Source: Eledone cirrhosa
Lineage: Eukaryota
NCBI GenBank assembly: GCA_964016885.1
Contig: CAXHJY010000569.1
Span: 1-42,704, forward strand
DNA length: 42,704 bases
Direction: 5' to 3'
In this document: positions 26,175 to 39,360 of the stretch, piece by piece
Layout of the letters: the number at the start of each line of letters is the position of its first letter
Numbering within the stretch: position 1 is the stretch's first letter
The notes under the pieces: generated by a model
The model's input: only the letters and a program-made list of their open reading frames with translations
Databases searched by the model: none
What the model was told of the DNA's origin: nothing
Program-made: the position numbers and the translations under genes

Positions 26175-26223
26175 GATTCTACAGGGCTAGAACTGTTTCA
26201 TTCGGGAGAAATCATCAGGAAGC
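26175..26223 (-). ncRNA. Type I hammerhead (family B; element spans 26161-26300)
   Basis: Minus strand: gcttc CTGATGA tttctcccgaat GAAA cag-ttctagcc-ctg TA gaatc. Confidence 0.7.
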
Positions 26224-26302
26224 TTTCTGATGATTTCTCACGAATGCTATGTATTGAGTACCTTACTTACTGTGGTTACCCCCGATTGAACCCGGGATAA
26301 AC

Positions 26303-26333
<31 letters not shown>

Positions 26334-26361
26334 ATGGAAACTATATTTATAAAACCATATT

Positions 26362-26427
26362 TATTTTATTATACATATTTCAAGGGCAACCAAGGCAAAT
26401 TATGGTGCACTTTCATCAGATAAAATA
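26362..26427 (-). ncRNA. Minimal type I hammerhead (family C; element ~26329-26571)
   Basis: One difference from 3371-3436 within the motif. Confidence 0.78.
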
Positions 26428-26566
26428 CAGATTTGTTTTATAAATAAATACTGACATACCCGGAAAAAAGACAACCTTAACGGTTGGAGCGTTCTGTTGA
26501 GTGCTTTATATCAGTTATAAAAAAATGTTTAAGCTTGTTGAATCCCAACAAATTAAATATAACCTC

Positions 26567-26632
<66 letters not shown>

Positions 26633-27041
26633 TACATATATATATATAGAGAGAGAGAGTGAGAGAGAAAGGGAGAGATAGAGAGTGTATTATGTGCTTC
26701 AACGATACGGGGAAGTGACATGATAGATAGAGAGAGAGCGACAGAGAGAGTGAGAGAGAGAGAGAAGGGGGGGGGGGGGGTGAGAGAGAAGGAGAGGGAG
26801 TGTATTATGTGTTTCAAAGATACGGGGAAGTGACATGATATGCGGACATATTAATTGATAGGCAGACATGTTTTGTCTGCTGTTTCGTAGACACACACTC
26901 AAACACACACATACATATATATACATACAAACATATCCATATATAAACTCACACAAACATACACACACACCCACACAAATACACACATCACACATATATA
27001 CAAACAAACAAATCCACACAAACACCCACACACGCACAGAC

Positions 27042-27074
<33 letters not shown>

Positions 27075-27144
27075 GAATGTATGCATATATATGTATACAT
27101 ATATATACATGCATATATATATATATATATATATGCATACATAA

Positions 27145-27176
<32 letters not shown>

Positions 27177-27219
27177 GAATATATATATAGATATATATAT
27201 ATATGTGTATATATATATA

Positions 27220-27291
<72 letters not shown>

Positions 27292-27538
27292 CATATATGT
27301 ACATATATATATATATTTATATATATATATACATATATGTACATATACATATATATACATATATATATATATACATATATGTACATATACATATATATAC
27401 ATATATATATATATACATATATGTACATATATATATATATATTTATATATATATACATATATGTACATATATATATATTTATATATATATATATACATAC
27501 ATGCATATATATATAAATATATATACATACATACATCT

Positions 27539-27581
<43 letters not shown>

Positions 27582-27694
27582 GACACACATATATATCCAA
27601 GTTCTCTGCCATAAATAGATTTTACTCGACACCAGGAATTTAACGTAGAAGAGCAAATTTAAAATTCCTTAATTAGCTGTGGTATGGTAATTGT

Positions 27695-27845
27695 GAGGCG
27701 GCGAGTATTTGGCAACGACATGAGAAGATCGTGGTGAGGGCTCCGCCATATTTCCTTCACAGCCCTCCTCTCATTACATCCCACCGAGGTCCGCTCTGCA
27801 TTTCAGCCTTTTGAGGTCGATAAATAAAGTGCCAAGTACCAATCA
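27695..27845 (+). mobile_element. Highly diverged SINE
   Basis: cccaccgaggtc..tgcatttcagccttttgaggtcgataaataaagt aligns to the SINE body. Confidence 0.55.
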
Positions 27846-27925
27846 CTTGCTCTCTCTCTTTCTCTCTCTATCTCTCTCTGTATATATATATATATATATA
27901 GGTGTATATATATATACATGTATAA

Positions 27926-28003
<78 letters not shown>

Positions 28004-28005
28004 AA

Positions 28006-28066
<61 letters not shown>

Positions 28067-28131
28067 CATATATATATATATATACGAATATATATATGTA
28101 TATATATATAGGTATATATATATAGATAGGT

Positions 28132-28167
<36 letters not shown>

Positions 28168-28566
28168 GTACATATATATATTTGTATATATATATACCTA
28201 TATATATTTGTATATATATCTATATATGTATGTGTATATATATATACCTATATATACATATATATATATGTATATATGTATATATATACCTATATATATT
28301 TGTATATATATCTATATATGTATGTGTATATATATATACCTATATATACATATATATATATTTATATATGTATGTGTATATATATATACCTATATATACA
28401 TATATATATATTTATACATGTATATATATATATATATATACACCTATACGACTAAGCTCAGATCCTATGTCATGTCGGCGCCCATACGATTTCATAATGA
28501 GTTCGGTGTCTCTAGAATGGAATGGTAATTGTAGGTTCTAATTGTGGATGTGTTACATATATATAT

Positions 28567-28628
<62 letters not shown>

Positions 28629-28705
28629 TTGATTTTTAAACTTATTTGAAGTGTAGTCATATATTTGCTTCGGTTTATCTTTCATATTGCTTTTGTCATG
28701 ATTAC

Positions 28706-28736
<31 letters not shown>

Positions 28737-28857
28737 TGTATGTATGTATGTATGTATGTATGTATGTATGTATGTATGTATGTATGTATGTATGTATATG
28801 CATAAATATATATATCTGTGTGTGTGTGTAATCCTCATTCAGTAAATATTGGAATGC

Positions 28858-28893
<36 letters not shown>

Positions 28894-28957
28894 GCATATA
28901 TATGTATGTTTGTATGTATGTATGTATGTATGTATGCATGTATATATGTATGTATAA

Positions 28958-29056
<99 letters not shown>

Positions 29057-29716
29057 CGTGTGTGTGTGTATATATGTATAAATTGACAAATAATCACATA
29101 AATATATAAATATATATACAAATAATACGAACATTGTAGCTCCTCATCAAAGACATGAAAATAAATCTAAGTAAAATATGTGCGCTGTGTCTAACAAATA
29201 TTTTCCCATAACGAGGGAAAATGATTTGATACTTGGTGAAAATATAACCATGTAAATTTACACATGCAGCCGGGAAGACAAGAGGTCGGCGTGAATAAGA
29301 AGACTATCATAACAGAAATGTATGTATGTATGTATGTATGTATGTACATAAGTATGTGTGTATGTATGTATGTATATATGTACATGAGTGTATGTATGTT
29401 TGTATGTATATATATATATGTATGTATGTATGTATATATGTCTATATGTATGTATGTATGTATATATGTATATATGTATGTAGTATGTATGTAGTATGTA
29501 TGTGTGTATGTATGTATGTAGGCATGTAGGTATTTATAAATGTATATATGTATGTTTCTATGAATGCTTGTATGTGTGCATGTATGTATGTACGAATGTA
29601 TGTATGTTTGTATGTATGTATGTTTGTAAGTATGTATGTATAAACGTATTTATGTATGTAAGTATGCATGTATGTATGTATCTATATATGTATGTCTATG
29701 TATGTGTATATATATG

Positions 29717-29750
<34 letters not shown>

Positions 29751-30320
29751 TGTATGTCTGTATATATTGTGACGGAGAACTGATCTCATTAAAATGTCTC
29801 TGTTTACGGTCTGTGGAATCCGCCATAACGAAACATTCAATATACCAACACAATTTTATATCTAAACAGAACTTTTGGCAAGCAATGAATTTGACATGTT
29901 TAGAAATAGCAGCCATGTTTTGCTCGAATCACGCTCCATGAGGTCTTAATAGAAAGAATGAAGTACATATTGGATTACATAGTGCTAGATATTATGTCTG
30001 GAAGTAAAGATTTTTAGATTTTTTACAGTGTCACAGATTGTACGTCTATTCAAGCGCAGCTAACAGGAGACACAGCAACAACAATTAGAAATAGTAGCCA
30101 AATGTTCCATAAGAAAGAAGTATATTTAAATTTGTCTTGAATAAATCGTCTGAAAATATGAAGCCGGTTGTTATGGCTGCTCAAAGACGCGTTGGATCAG
30201 ATAGATAGATAGAATGTGAATTATCAATCTATCTATGTATCTATCTATCTATGTATCTATGTATCTATCTATCTATCTAACTACATCTCTCTCTCGCTCT
30301 CTCTCCCCCTCTCTCTCTGC

Positions 30321-30351
<31 letters not shown>

Positions 30352-30403
30352 AGTGGACAAATGAATTTTGGCAGCATCTATCTAATCAGCCATGGGCAGA
30401 GAC

Positions 30404-30481
<78 letters not shown>

Positions 30482-31313
30482 TATATATATATTCGAATAG
30501 TTGAAGTGTATGAGCTATGTTATTTCAACAGGAAACACACCGTTGTTCCACTATTATTAGTATTATTTCAAAACTGAACCTACCGCTATTCACAGTATTT
30601 TTAAAAGTAAAATTAAACGATTTAAACAAATGCTATTTTAACACTGAACGAAAATCGAGGTGAGTGACTTTAGTCCCAAGCCAAGCTGGCTCCGGCCGAC
30701 AGTACCTGAAATGGGCGAATGGGCCATTATACTTAACTTCGGAAAGCTTAGTTAGTTTTCGGCCTGTTGAGAAAAGAGAAACGGTGGTGCGTGAGGCTAA
30801 AATCCTTACCTCTATTAATAAAAAAAATTCTATAGAAAGGACGACAGATAACAGGACTGGGGGCAGGTCTGTGACAGGGCTTGCAGCCCTGTGGAATAAA
30901 TATCTCTTGTAACCCACTTCTCCCTAACGAACAAAAGGAACCAGAGAAAAAGAATGGCGTTTGTAGCCTATTTAAAACGTAGTTTCTTAAATAATTGAAA
31001 TTATAGATAAAGTAATTTATAAATCACGGATCACATGAAAACTACAGCCACGCTGTCGACTAATCTTTGAACCTACACAATATAATTTCTTTGATCTATG
31101 GAATCAAATTAAGAATTTATTTCATAGAATTCCCATGCTACAAGTTCCAGTGAATTCTCTTCAAAGAACAGCTTTTGTATCCTATCTGTTTCCTAAACAA
31201 AATAAGTCCAACAAATATAGGACGTGGAATCACAAATTACACATCTGTCATCTTCCCGAGGTACAACTCCCCGTTTAGTTTTTACATTTTTTTGTTTATT
31301 CTTATTTATTCGT

Positions 31314-31352
<39 letters not shown>

Positions 31353-31726
31353 TTTTCACTTCAGGGCTTACTTCATACTCTGATGAGAATACCTATAGTA
31401 AAGAACAAAACTTATAATACTACAGATGTAATTCTTCAGAAGCACAACATCAAAACATAACCCCTTCCACCAATACCCCCTCCCCACGCCAAAATAAAAA
31501 TAAAAAAGATGAGGAGTTGTGTTGGGAGAAAGGAACAGCGCTAACAATATTCTCCCTGCTCCCATGAAAATCCAGAATAACATGAAGAACAACAAAATAA
31601 AAAAAAACAACTAAAATAATAACAACAACAACATGAACAAGAACATAAATTACAACCATAATGGCTGGCTTGAAAGAAAGAAGCGAAAACAAACAAAAAG
31701 GCGACTGAATGAGAACCAGGAAGACA

Positions 31727-31739
31727 AAATAATAACAAT

Positions 31740-31771
<32 letters not shown>

Positions 31772-31778
31772 AGATAAC

Positions 31779-31810
<32 letters not shown>

Positions 31811-31958
31811 TAACAATAAAAATAATAATAATAATAATAATAAAAATAACAATAATAATAATAATAATAATAATAATAAAGATAACAATAAAAATAATAA
31901 TAATAATAATAATAAAAATAACAATAATAATAATAATAATAATAATAATAAAGATAAC

Positions 31959-31992
<34 letters not shown>

Positions 31993-31998
31993 TAATAA
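31727..31998. repeat. (ATA)n repeat with higher-order periodicity
   Basis: aa(g/a)ataaca interruptions recur about every 33-39 bp. Confidence 0.92.
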
Positions 31999-31999
31999 T

Positions 32000-32214
32000 G
32001 GTTTCTTATATAGGCACAAGGCCGGCAATTTGGGAGGAGACGAAAGTCGATTAAATTCACCCCAGTGCATTACTGGTAATTTATTTTATCGACACCGTAA
32101 AGGATGAAAGGCAAAGTTAACCTCGGCGGGATTTGAACTCAGATCATAAAGGGACGTAACTCTATGCTGCAAAGCATGGCGTTCGACTCTCTACCGATTC
32201 TGCCATACCACCGC
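32000..32214 (-). mobile_element. Full-length SINE, long-tail variant
   Basis: Homology to 19126-19336. Confidence 0.9.
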
Positions 32215-32256
32215 CCTAAAACATGCGTATAATAATATTAACAATAATAATAATGC

Positions 32257-32744
32257 TTTCTTTATTAACCACAAGGGTTGACATAAAGTAAAACATTAAG
32301 GACAGTACAGGATGGTACAGGACGGTTGAGTATGGTACAGGATGGTACAGGGTGGTACAGGATAATAGAGGATGGTAGAGACAGTAGAGGACGGTACAGG
32401 ACGGTACAATATGGTATAGGATGGTAGAAGACGGTACAGGACAGTAGAGGATGGTACAGGACGGTACAGGACAGTAGAGGATGGTACAGGACGGTACAGG
32501 ACAGTAGAGGATGGTACAGGACGGTACAGGACACTAGAGGAGGGTAGAGGACGGTACAGGACAGTAGAGGACGGTACAGGACAGCAGAGGATGGTACAGG
32601 GCGGTACAGGACAGTAGAGGACGGTAGAGGACGGTACAGGACAGTAGAGGATGGTACAGGACGGTACAAGACACTAGAGGACGGTACAGGATGGTACAGG
32701 ACGGTACAAATGGGCATTTCTGCGTGTAAAAAAAACAAAACAAA

Positions 32745-32745
<1 letters not shown>
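32257..32745 (-). repeat. Probable LINE 3' UTR with an expanded 10-bp minisatellite (ggacggtaca / ggatggtaca / ggacagtaga; 30-bp superperiod)
   Basis: About 41 units at 32300-32710; flanks shared with 22945-23085. Confidence 0.85.
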
Positions 32746-32777
<32 letters not shown>

Positions 32778-33011
32778 GTAAAAAAAAATGATGGTAATAG
32801 TAGTAGTAATAATAGTAATAATAACAATAATAATAATAAAAACAACAATAGCAATAACATCAGGACTTCCCACGCATGTTTTGAACAATTATACATGCAC
32901 CTATAAACAACTACAACATAAAAGCACTCATTAAGGGAAATATTTTCAGTACACGCTAGGAAGCGTGTATATACATACGTACAAAGTAAAACAAACATAC
33001 ATGTGTGGGTG

Positions 33012-33043
<32 letters not shown>

Positions 33044-33251
33044 TGTATGTATGTATGTATGTATGTATGTATGTATGTATGTATGTATGTATGTATGTAG
33101 GCATGTATGTATATATATATATATATATATGTGTATTTGTGTTTGTATATATATATGTATATATGCATACGTAAATTTGTATTTCATATATATATATATG
33201 TATGTATCCATCTCTTACCCTCTATATCATCTATCTAAATATATATATATG

Positions 33252-33306
<55 letters not shown>

Positions 33307-33494
33307 CACTCAAAGAGTGGAAAATTTGGCGGAGCAGCCACAGTTGAAGAGAGACTAGTTCAGTGGAAACGGCGTCTCTTTGGCGCTATATCTCCATTGA
33401 GCCAAAACTCTGCTATCATCCACTGGTGCCTATATAAATATATAGACTTATGTAGAAAAAATAATCCATTTCTACAGACATTCTAGCCCTATTT

Positions 33495-33598
<104 letters not shown>

Positions 33599-33700
33599 CT
33601 CTCTCTCTCTCTCCATTTGAATAATGGTGGTTAAAGCTGTTCTTGCTTGCTATATCGTCGGATGGGGCTGCATGTAAACATACGAATTTACTCGCATATA

Positions 33701-33858
33701 TAATTGTTTCTACTCTTGGCACAAGGCCAGCAATTATACCAGTGTATTACTGGTACTTTATTTTATCGACCCCGTAAGGATGAAAGGCAAAGTTAACCTC
33801 GACGGGATTTGAACTCAGACCATAAAGGGCCGTCGACCCTCTACCGATACTCAATCCA
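33701..33858 (-). mobile_element. SINE with an internal deletion
   Basis: Homology to 7672-7860. Confidence 0.88.
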
Positions 33859-33963
33859 ATAGAAACTTACTTGTGTTCAATGGATCTCTGTTGGTTTCGA
33901 CGATGATTGCTCTATTTGTTCAAACAACGGAACAGCCTGCTCATGAAATACGCATGTAAGTAT

Positions 33964-34161
33964 GAGAGAGAGGGAGAGAGAGGTAGATATATACAAGGTG
34001 TATGTGTAAACGTAGGCTGGTTTCTTATTTCTATATTGTTCTTATTGTTGATAATTTTTATATTGTCTTTAAGCCAATACCTGTAACACATAAGACCATA
34101 TCAACAACACATTCTCGAGACATGGAAAGTAGAATTATGATTGCATCACATTACATCTTAA
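33964..34161. repeat. ~198-bp direct duplication (second copy 35070-35267)
   Basis: gagagagagggagagagaggtagatat...cacattacatcttaa with only a few substitutions. Confidence 0.92.
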
Positions 34162-34261
34162 CATTACCCTCAACGTAATTCTCAGGGAGATTCAGCTGTT
34201 ACTGTGAGACTATGCTGACCCTTTTAATTCCAAATAAAATGCATGCAACGAGATTCCGAAT

Positions 34262-34390
34262 GGTTTCTGCCAAGCCAATATCACTTACAAAGAAAAATAT
34301 CAACGCGAGGTTTTGGCAATGACACTTGCTCAAGTTGTGACACAGTGGAATCGATGTTTGCCAAGAGAACCTCTTAAACATTCCACCACA
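34262..34390 (-). mobile_element. Diverged SINE-like element of another family
   Basis: Minus strand cgattccactgtgtcacaacttgagcaagtgtc resembles a CORE-SINE-type head and core (recall only). Confidence 0.4.
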
Positions 34391-34475
34391 TAGAGATAAT
34401 ACTCGTACATACATATATACATGCATTCACAATGCAAATATTTATTAATATACGTATGTACATGCAAAGACCCTC

Positions 34476-34519
<44 letters not shown>

Positions 34520-34651
34520 TAGTTTCCAGATTGTAAAGAGGTGTAGAACTCAGCAGAGTGAAAATATAATAATAAAAGGACGATTTATTATGCCTTCGTC
34601 CTTTTATTATGTTTTTTAACCTTTGATTTGTTATCTGTGCTTTAACCTTTT

Positions 34652-34709
34652 ATTTATACTCCGATGAAGTCGACCTTGTGCTTGGTTGAAACGATCGTTA
34701 GAAATTAAA
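34652..34709 (+). ncRNA. Degenerate minimal hammerhead (CCGATGA variant)
   Basis: CCGATGA agtcgacc...ggtt GAAA CGATCG TT ag; palindromic stem III, weak stem I. Confidence 0.5.
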
Positions 34710-34760
34710 TGTTCTTAAACACTCTTTGATTATAAAGTGTATATATATATATATATATAT

Positions 34761-34949
34761 AACGAAGGAAATGTGGTAAGGAACCAGGTGGACCATAACG
34801 CACCAAAGTACTCAATACTTAGGGTAGTAGAGTGGGTAATAGGAACAAGTAAGACCCCGACGGCTGAGCTCAAGCCGTTTCGACGGCTAATTCTGTACAG
34901 AATTAGCCGTCGAAACGGCTTGAGCTCAGCCGTCGGGGTCTTACTTGTT

Positions 34950-34954
<5 letters not shown>
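34761..34954 (-). mobile_element. Family A element with a 116-bp perfect palindrome (34839-34954)
   Basis: Palindrome centred on tgt|aca in stem II; tail matches 11970-12046. Confidence 0.82.
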
Positions 34955-34996
<42 letters not shown>

Positions 34997-35699
34997 ACAT
35001 ATATCTTCATATACATATTTATTTTACTATACACCTACACGCACATATGTAAAGATAAAGATAGAAAGCGAGAGAGAGGGAGAGAGAGGTAGATATATTC
35101 AAGGTGTATGTGTAAACGTAGGCTGGCTTCTTATTTCTACATTGTTCTTATTGTTGATAATTTATATATTGTCTTTAAGCCAATACCTGTAACACATAAG
35201 ACCATATCAACAACACATTCTCGAGACATGGAAAGTAGAATTATGATTGCATCACATTACATCTTAAATTCTTTTCTCTAATAGTACAAAGTTTCTTTAA
35301 TAGTACAAAGATCAGTTCACTAGTAAAGATACTATAAACATTTGAATTAACCAACGTATTTTTTTTAGATATTTTCTGTTAAATCTTTACAGGATGTTAA
35401 GAATTAGACAGCCCCAGTAAACCTGTGAATGCACTTGTATGACCAACTACAAGAGAGCCAGAAAACTTCCTGGTTCTTACTAATGTTTATTTATTTCCAA
35501 CGTTGTCTTAAAGTAGTCTTAGCAAGGAGTTTACAAATTCCTCCATCTCCCCCTCACATCTTTACTTCTTACGCTGAGATGTAATGTTTTCATTTTAACT
35601 CTCTTTTAATATATATATATGTATATTTATGTGTGTGTGTGTGTGTGTGTGTGTCTGTATCTATCTCTACACCCCTCTATACCCCCCTCTATACCACCC

Positions 35700-35740
<41 letters not shown>

Positions 35741-35833
35741 CATACATATATATGTATGTATGTATATATATGTATATATATGTATGTATATGTATATATA
35801 TATATATATACATACATATATATACATATATAC

Positions 35834-35875
<42 letters not shown>

Positions 35876-35906
35876 GCATATATATATATATACACACATA
35901 TACATA

Positions 35907-35956
<50 letters not shown>

Positions 35957-35958
35957 TA

Positions 35959-36005
<47 letters not shown>

Positions 36006-36075
36006 GCATATATATGTATATATGTATATATATATATATATATATATGCATATATATGTATATATGTATATATAT

Positions 36076-36137
36076 ATCCCGTTAAGGGTGAAAGCAGCGA
36101 TTCTTTGCTTAAACTTTAATGTTATTTTAATAAATAT
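36076..36137 (+). mobile_element. Family D 3'-half hammerhead fragment in (TA)n
   Basis: Matches the reverse complement of ~9567-9630; ccc-gttaa-gggt GAAA gca..tgc TT aaacttt. Confidence 0.7.
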
Positions 36138-36173
36138 ATGTATATATATATATATATTTTTTTTTTGTTTTAA

Positions 36174-36392
36174 CCCTTTACCATTTACATTACTCTATAT
36201 ATACTATTATATTTTCACGGTAAAGTAATTACCTCACATAATTATCTCACATAATATCGAATCTACGAAATTTTAATATTATTTATTTTGAGATCAATGT
36301 CTTAACATCAGTATGAGTGGCAAGTTACAGTCGGTTTGAACGGAAAGAGGTGAGAGAATTCTGGCCGGATAGGGGGTTTAAATGCTAAAGGG
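36174..36392. mobile_element. piggyBac-like MITE
   Basis: TTAA on both sides (36170-36173, 36393-36396) with TIRs ccctttaccattt / aaatgctaaaggg. Confidence 0.82.
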
Positions 36393-36981
36393 TTAACGTC
36401 GGATACCTTATCTCAGTGCTTGCAACAAATAGGATTCATTTTAAAGGCATCCCAGGAGCAGTTCGTGTTGAATAAACGATGGATTAAACCTGAACTTTAC
36501 CACCAGAGTTGACCAAAGAATTGATTTGAAGGTAAAAAAAACTGAAACAAATACCTCGAGGCAGCTCGTTCCAACGCTCTAACAATGTCGCCAATTCACT
36601 GCCTTGAATTAGTACATTATTGTAGTTATGTTTATAGAAGAACTCAAATACCAGACAAATACCGTGGCTCTCAGCACAAAAATGCCAACAACGCAAAGCT
36701 GTCATATAAAGGTGCGTACCCCCTCCACACAAGAAAATGGCGGGGGAATAATTGCAAAATAACGAAATAGACGAAAATGTATTTTTGACAATGGGTTAGT
36801 ATGAATATGTACATTGTGTCTTACTAATGTGCACAGCTGCATATGGTAACTGCTGTTCGCCATGCACTAAATCCACTTGGACTATTTTAACTGTTACAAA
36901 CTAAGATAAAGACATTTAGATAAAGAAAGGCACAACATATTTTCCTCTCTCACATATACATTCTTTATATATGTATGTATA

Positions 36982-37013
<32 letters not shown>

Positions 37014-37433
37014 CATATATATACACACATATATATGCATATATATATATATACATATACATATATATATGCATATATATAAATATAAATAAATATATAT
37101 ATATATATATATATATACGTATATATGTTTATATATAAATATATATATATATATGCATATATATGTATACATATATATGTGTGTGTGTGTGTATGTATGT
37201 GTATGTGGCAGTATGTTGACAAAGCTATGAATGTAAGGGTTTAACAGCCTCGTGGTACCAGCCCAAGTTCCCTGTACTCTGATTTCAAATACTACCAGGG
37301 TTAACTTGAAATGTTCCCCTTTCTGTATTGACAAAATAAAATACCAGTCGAGGGCTGTTGGACTTTTGGAATTGTTGTTTGACCCTCAAATATAATTCCT
37401 TCAGGTTTCTCAGCCCTTTGTCTTCTGAGTCCG

Positions 37434-37510
<77 letters not shown>

Positions 37511-37660
37511 TGAACAATGAAAATAAAACAAAAGTCGGAGTTAGGTTGTTCATTAGCTCATCGTTTTACGATCATTTTCGAGGGTTGATTGATCATGGTA
37601 GATCGATATATTGTCAAGCAGGCAATGGTTCTGTCACTACCTATTTGTAGATTCGAAATC

Positions 37661-37828
37661 CTTGGCCAGCAATAACCCCAGTGCGTTACTGGTACTTTAT
37701 TTTATCGACCCCCTTAAGGATGAAAGGCAAAGCTAACCTAGGCGGGATTTGAACTCAGATCATAAAGGGCCGTAACTCTTTTCTGCAAAGCATGGCGTCC
37801 GACCCTCTACCGATTCTACCAATCCACT
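37661..37828 (-). mobile_element. SINE, near full length
   Basis: Homology to 7672-7860. Confidence 0.9.
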
Positions 37829-38165
37829 ATTAACATTCCAACACAACCGCCTCTCCAAAATGTTGATTTGTACGAAATTCTAGTAATATTTATAATATGT
37901 TTGCTTTATCTAATTTGGTGATGAGAAACATTCCTAAAAATGTCATCTCTAGACCATATTACTAATCTCTTATATAATATATTCACTGGGAGGTGTCGGG
38001 AAGCTAGTGGGGGGGGGGGGGGGGGGTGCAGTGGTGGTGTTTAACATACATATATACACAAACATATATACATATATACACACATATATATACATATATA
38101 CACAGATACACTCCTGTGAGTCACACTTTTACCTTTTATATGACAGTCTACCTACCTGTGTTGGC

Positions 38166-38421
38166 AGTAGTTACAGTAGTAGTAGTTGTAGTAGTAGTTG
38201 TAGTAGTAGTAGTATTATTAGTAGTAGTAGTAGTTGTAGTAGTTGTAGTAGTAGTAGTATTAGTAGTAGAAGTTGTAGTAGTAGTAGTTGTAGTAGTAGT
38301 AGTAGTTGTAGTAGTAGTAGTAGTAGTTGTAGTTGTAGTAGTAGTTGCAGTAGTAGTAGTAGTAGTATTAGTAGTAGAAGCAGCAACAACATCAGCAGTA
38401 GTAGTAGTAGTTGTAGTAGTA
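38166..38421. repeat. Degenerate (AGT)n repeat
   Basis: Visible run; source of the poly-Ser, poly-Val and poly-Thr ORFs. Confidence 0.92.
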
Positions 38422-38635
38422 GGAAAATAGGAAATAAATGTCACCTACTCCTCTCCTTCCTCTCCCCATACAACAATAACATAAACAACTTCAACAACAA
38501 CAACAACACCATAATCATCATCATCATCATCATCATCATCATGATCATCACAAATAACAGTAACCATGACACCATCTTGTTTCAAGATAACAATACTGAA
38601 TGAATCAATCAATATACACACATAACAACACAGAC

Positions 38636-38708
<73 letters not shown>

Positions 38709-39014
38709 CATACACATATAAATATATATATATATATGAAAAGTGTAAGTTTCTACACAAAACGAAGGTTATAGAGAAAATTGAGGTTGGTAATGGCACA
38801 TGGAATATATAAGAGACAGAATACTTTTTTGTGAAAAAAAAAAAATATATATATATATATACATATATATACATACATACACATATAAATATATATATAT
38901 ATATGTGTGTGTGTGTGTAAATGAAGTTATTCCGTCGGAAAGGTCCAGCCTCACTTTCATATAGATTATATTTTTGTTTTTGAAATCCAACGTCAATAAA
39001 TACACCAGGATTTT

Positions 39015-39075
39015 TTTCATTCTGATGATTGAAAGCAAAATTTGTTTGCTTTTAAGAAACCACTGGTAAATGAAA
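39015..39075 (+). ncRNA. Type I hammerhead ribozyme (distinct family)
   Basis: tttcatt CTGATGA ttgaaagcaaa-atttg-tttgcttttaa GAAA cca-c-tgg TA aatgaaa; 7-bp stem I, 11-bp stem II, GUA triplet. Confidence 0.78.
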
Positions 39076-39100
39076 TAATTGCCTTATGTTGTTTATTACA

Positions 39101-39146
<46 letters not shown>

Positions 39147-39150
<4 letters not shown>

Positions 39151-39360
39151 AGCAAAAGATGGTTAAATGAGTTCCATGTATTTTATTATGCGCATTTCAA
39201 AAACGCATAAAAAATACATGAAATGCGCATAATAAAATACATGGAACTCATTTAACCATCTTTTGATCTTATATATTATGTATACTCCAAACTGTAGAGT
39301 GCTTCTTATCCGATATCTGCATTGCTTTATTGTACTACAATAAAACTCACCTCCTACATA
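39147..39360 (+). mobile_element. Fold-back 3'-half hammerhead element plus tail in (TA)n
   Basis: 53-bp arms 39147-39199 / 39219-39271 (1 mismatch); GAAA TGCGCA TA ataaaatac; tail contains ctgtagagtgct. Confidence 0.72.

Noticed and set aside
26681-26840. ~45-bp direct repeat (gagtgtattatgtg..gatacggggaagtgacatgata) around a GA tract
   Set aside because: Simple local duplication with no further structure
30633-30917. Non-repetitive ORFs on both strands
   Set aside because: No recognisable motif; a small exon cannot be excluded without homology or RNA data
31380-31445. CTGATGA (+) and CTGAAGA (-) boxes
   Set aside because: No correctly placed GAAA or closing stems
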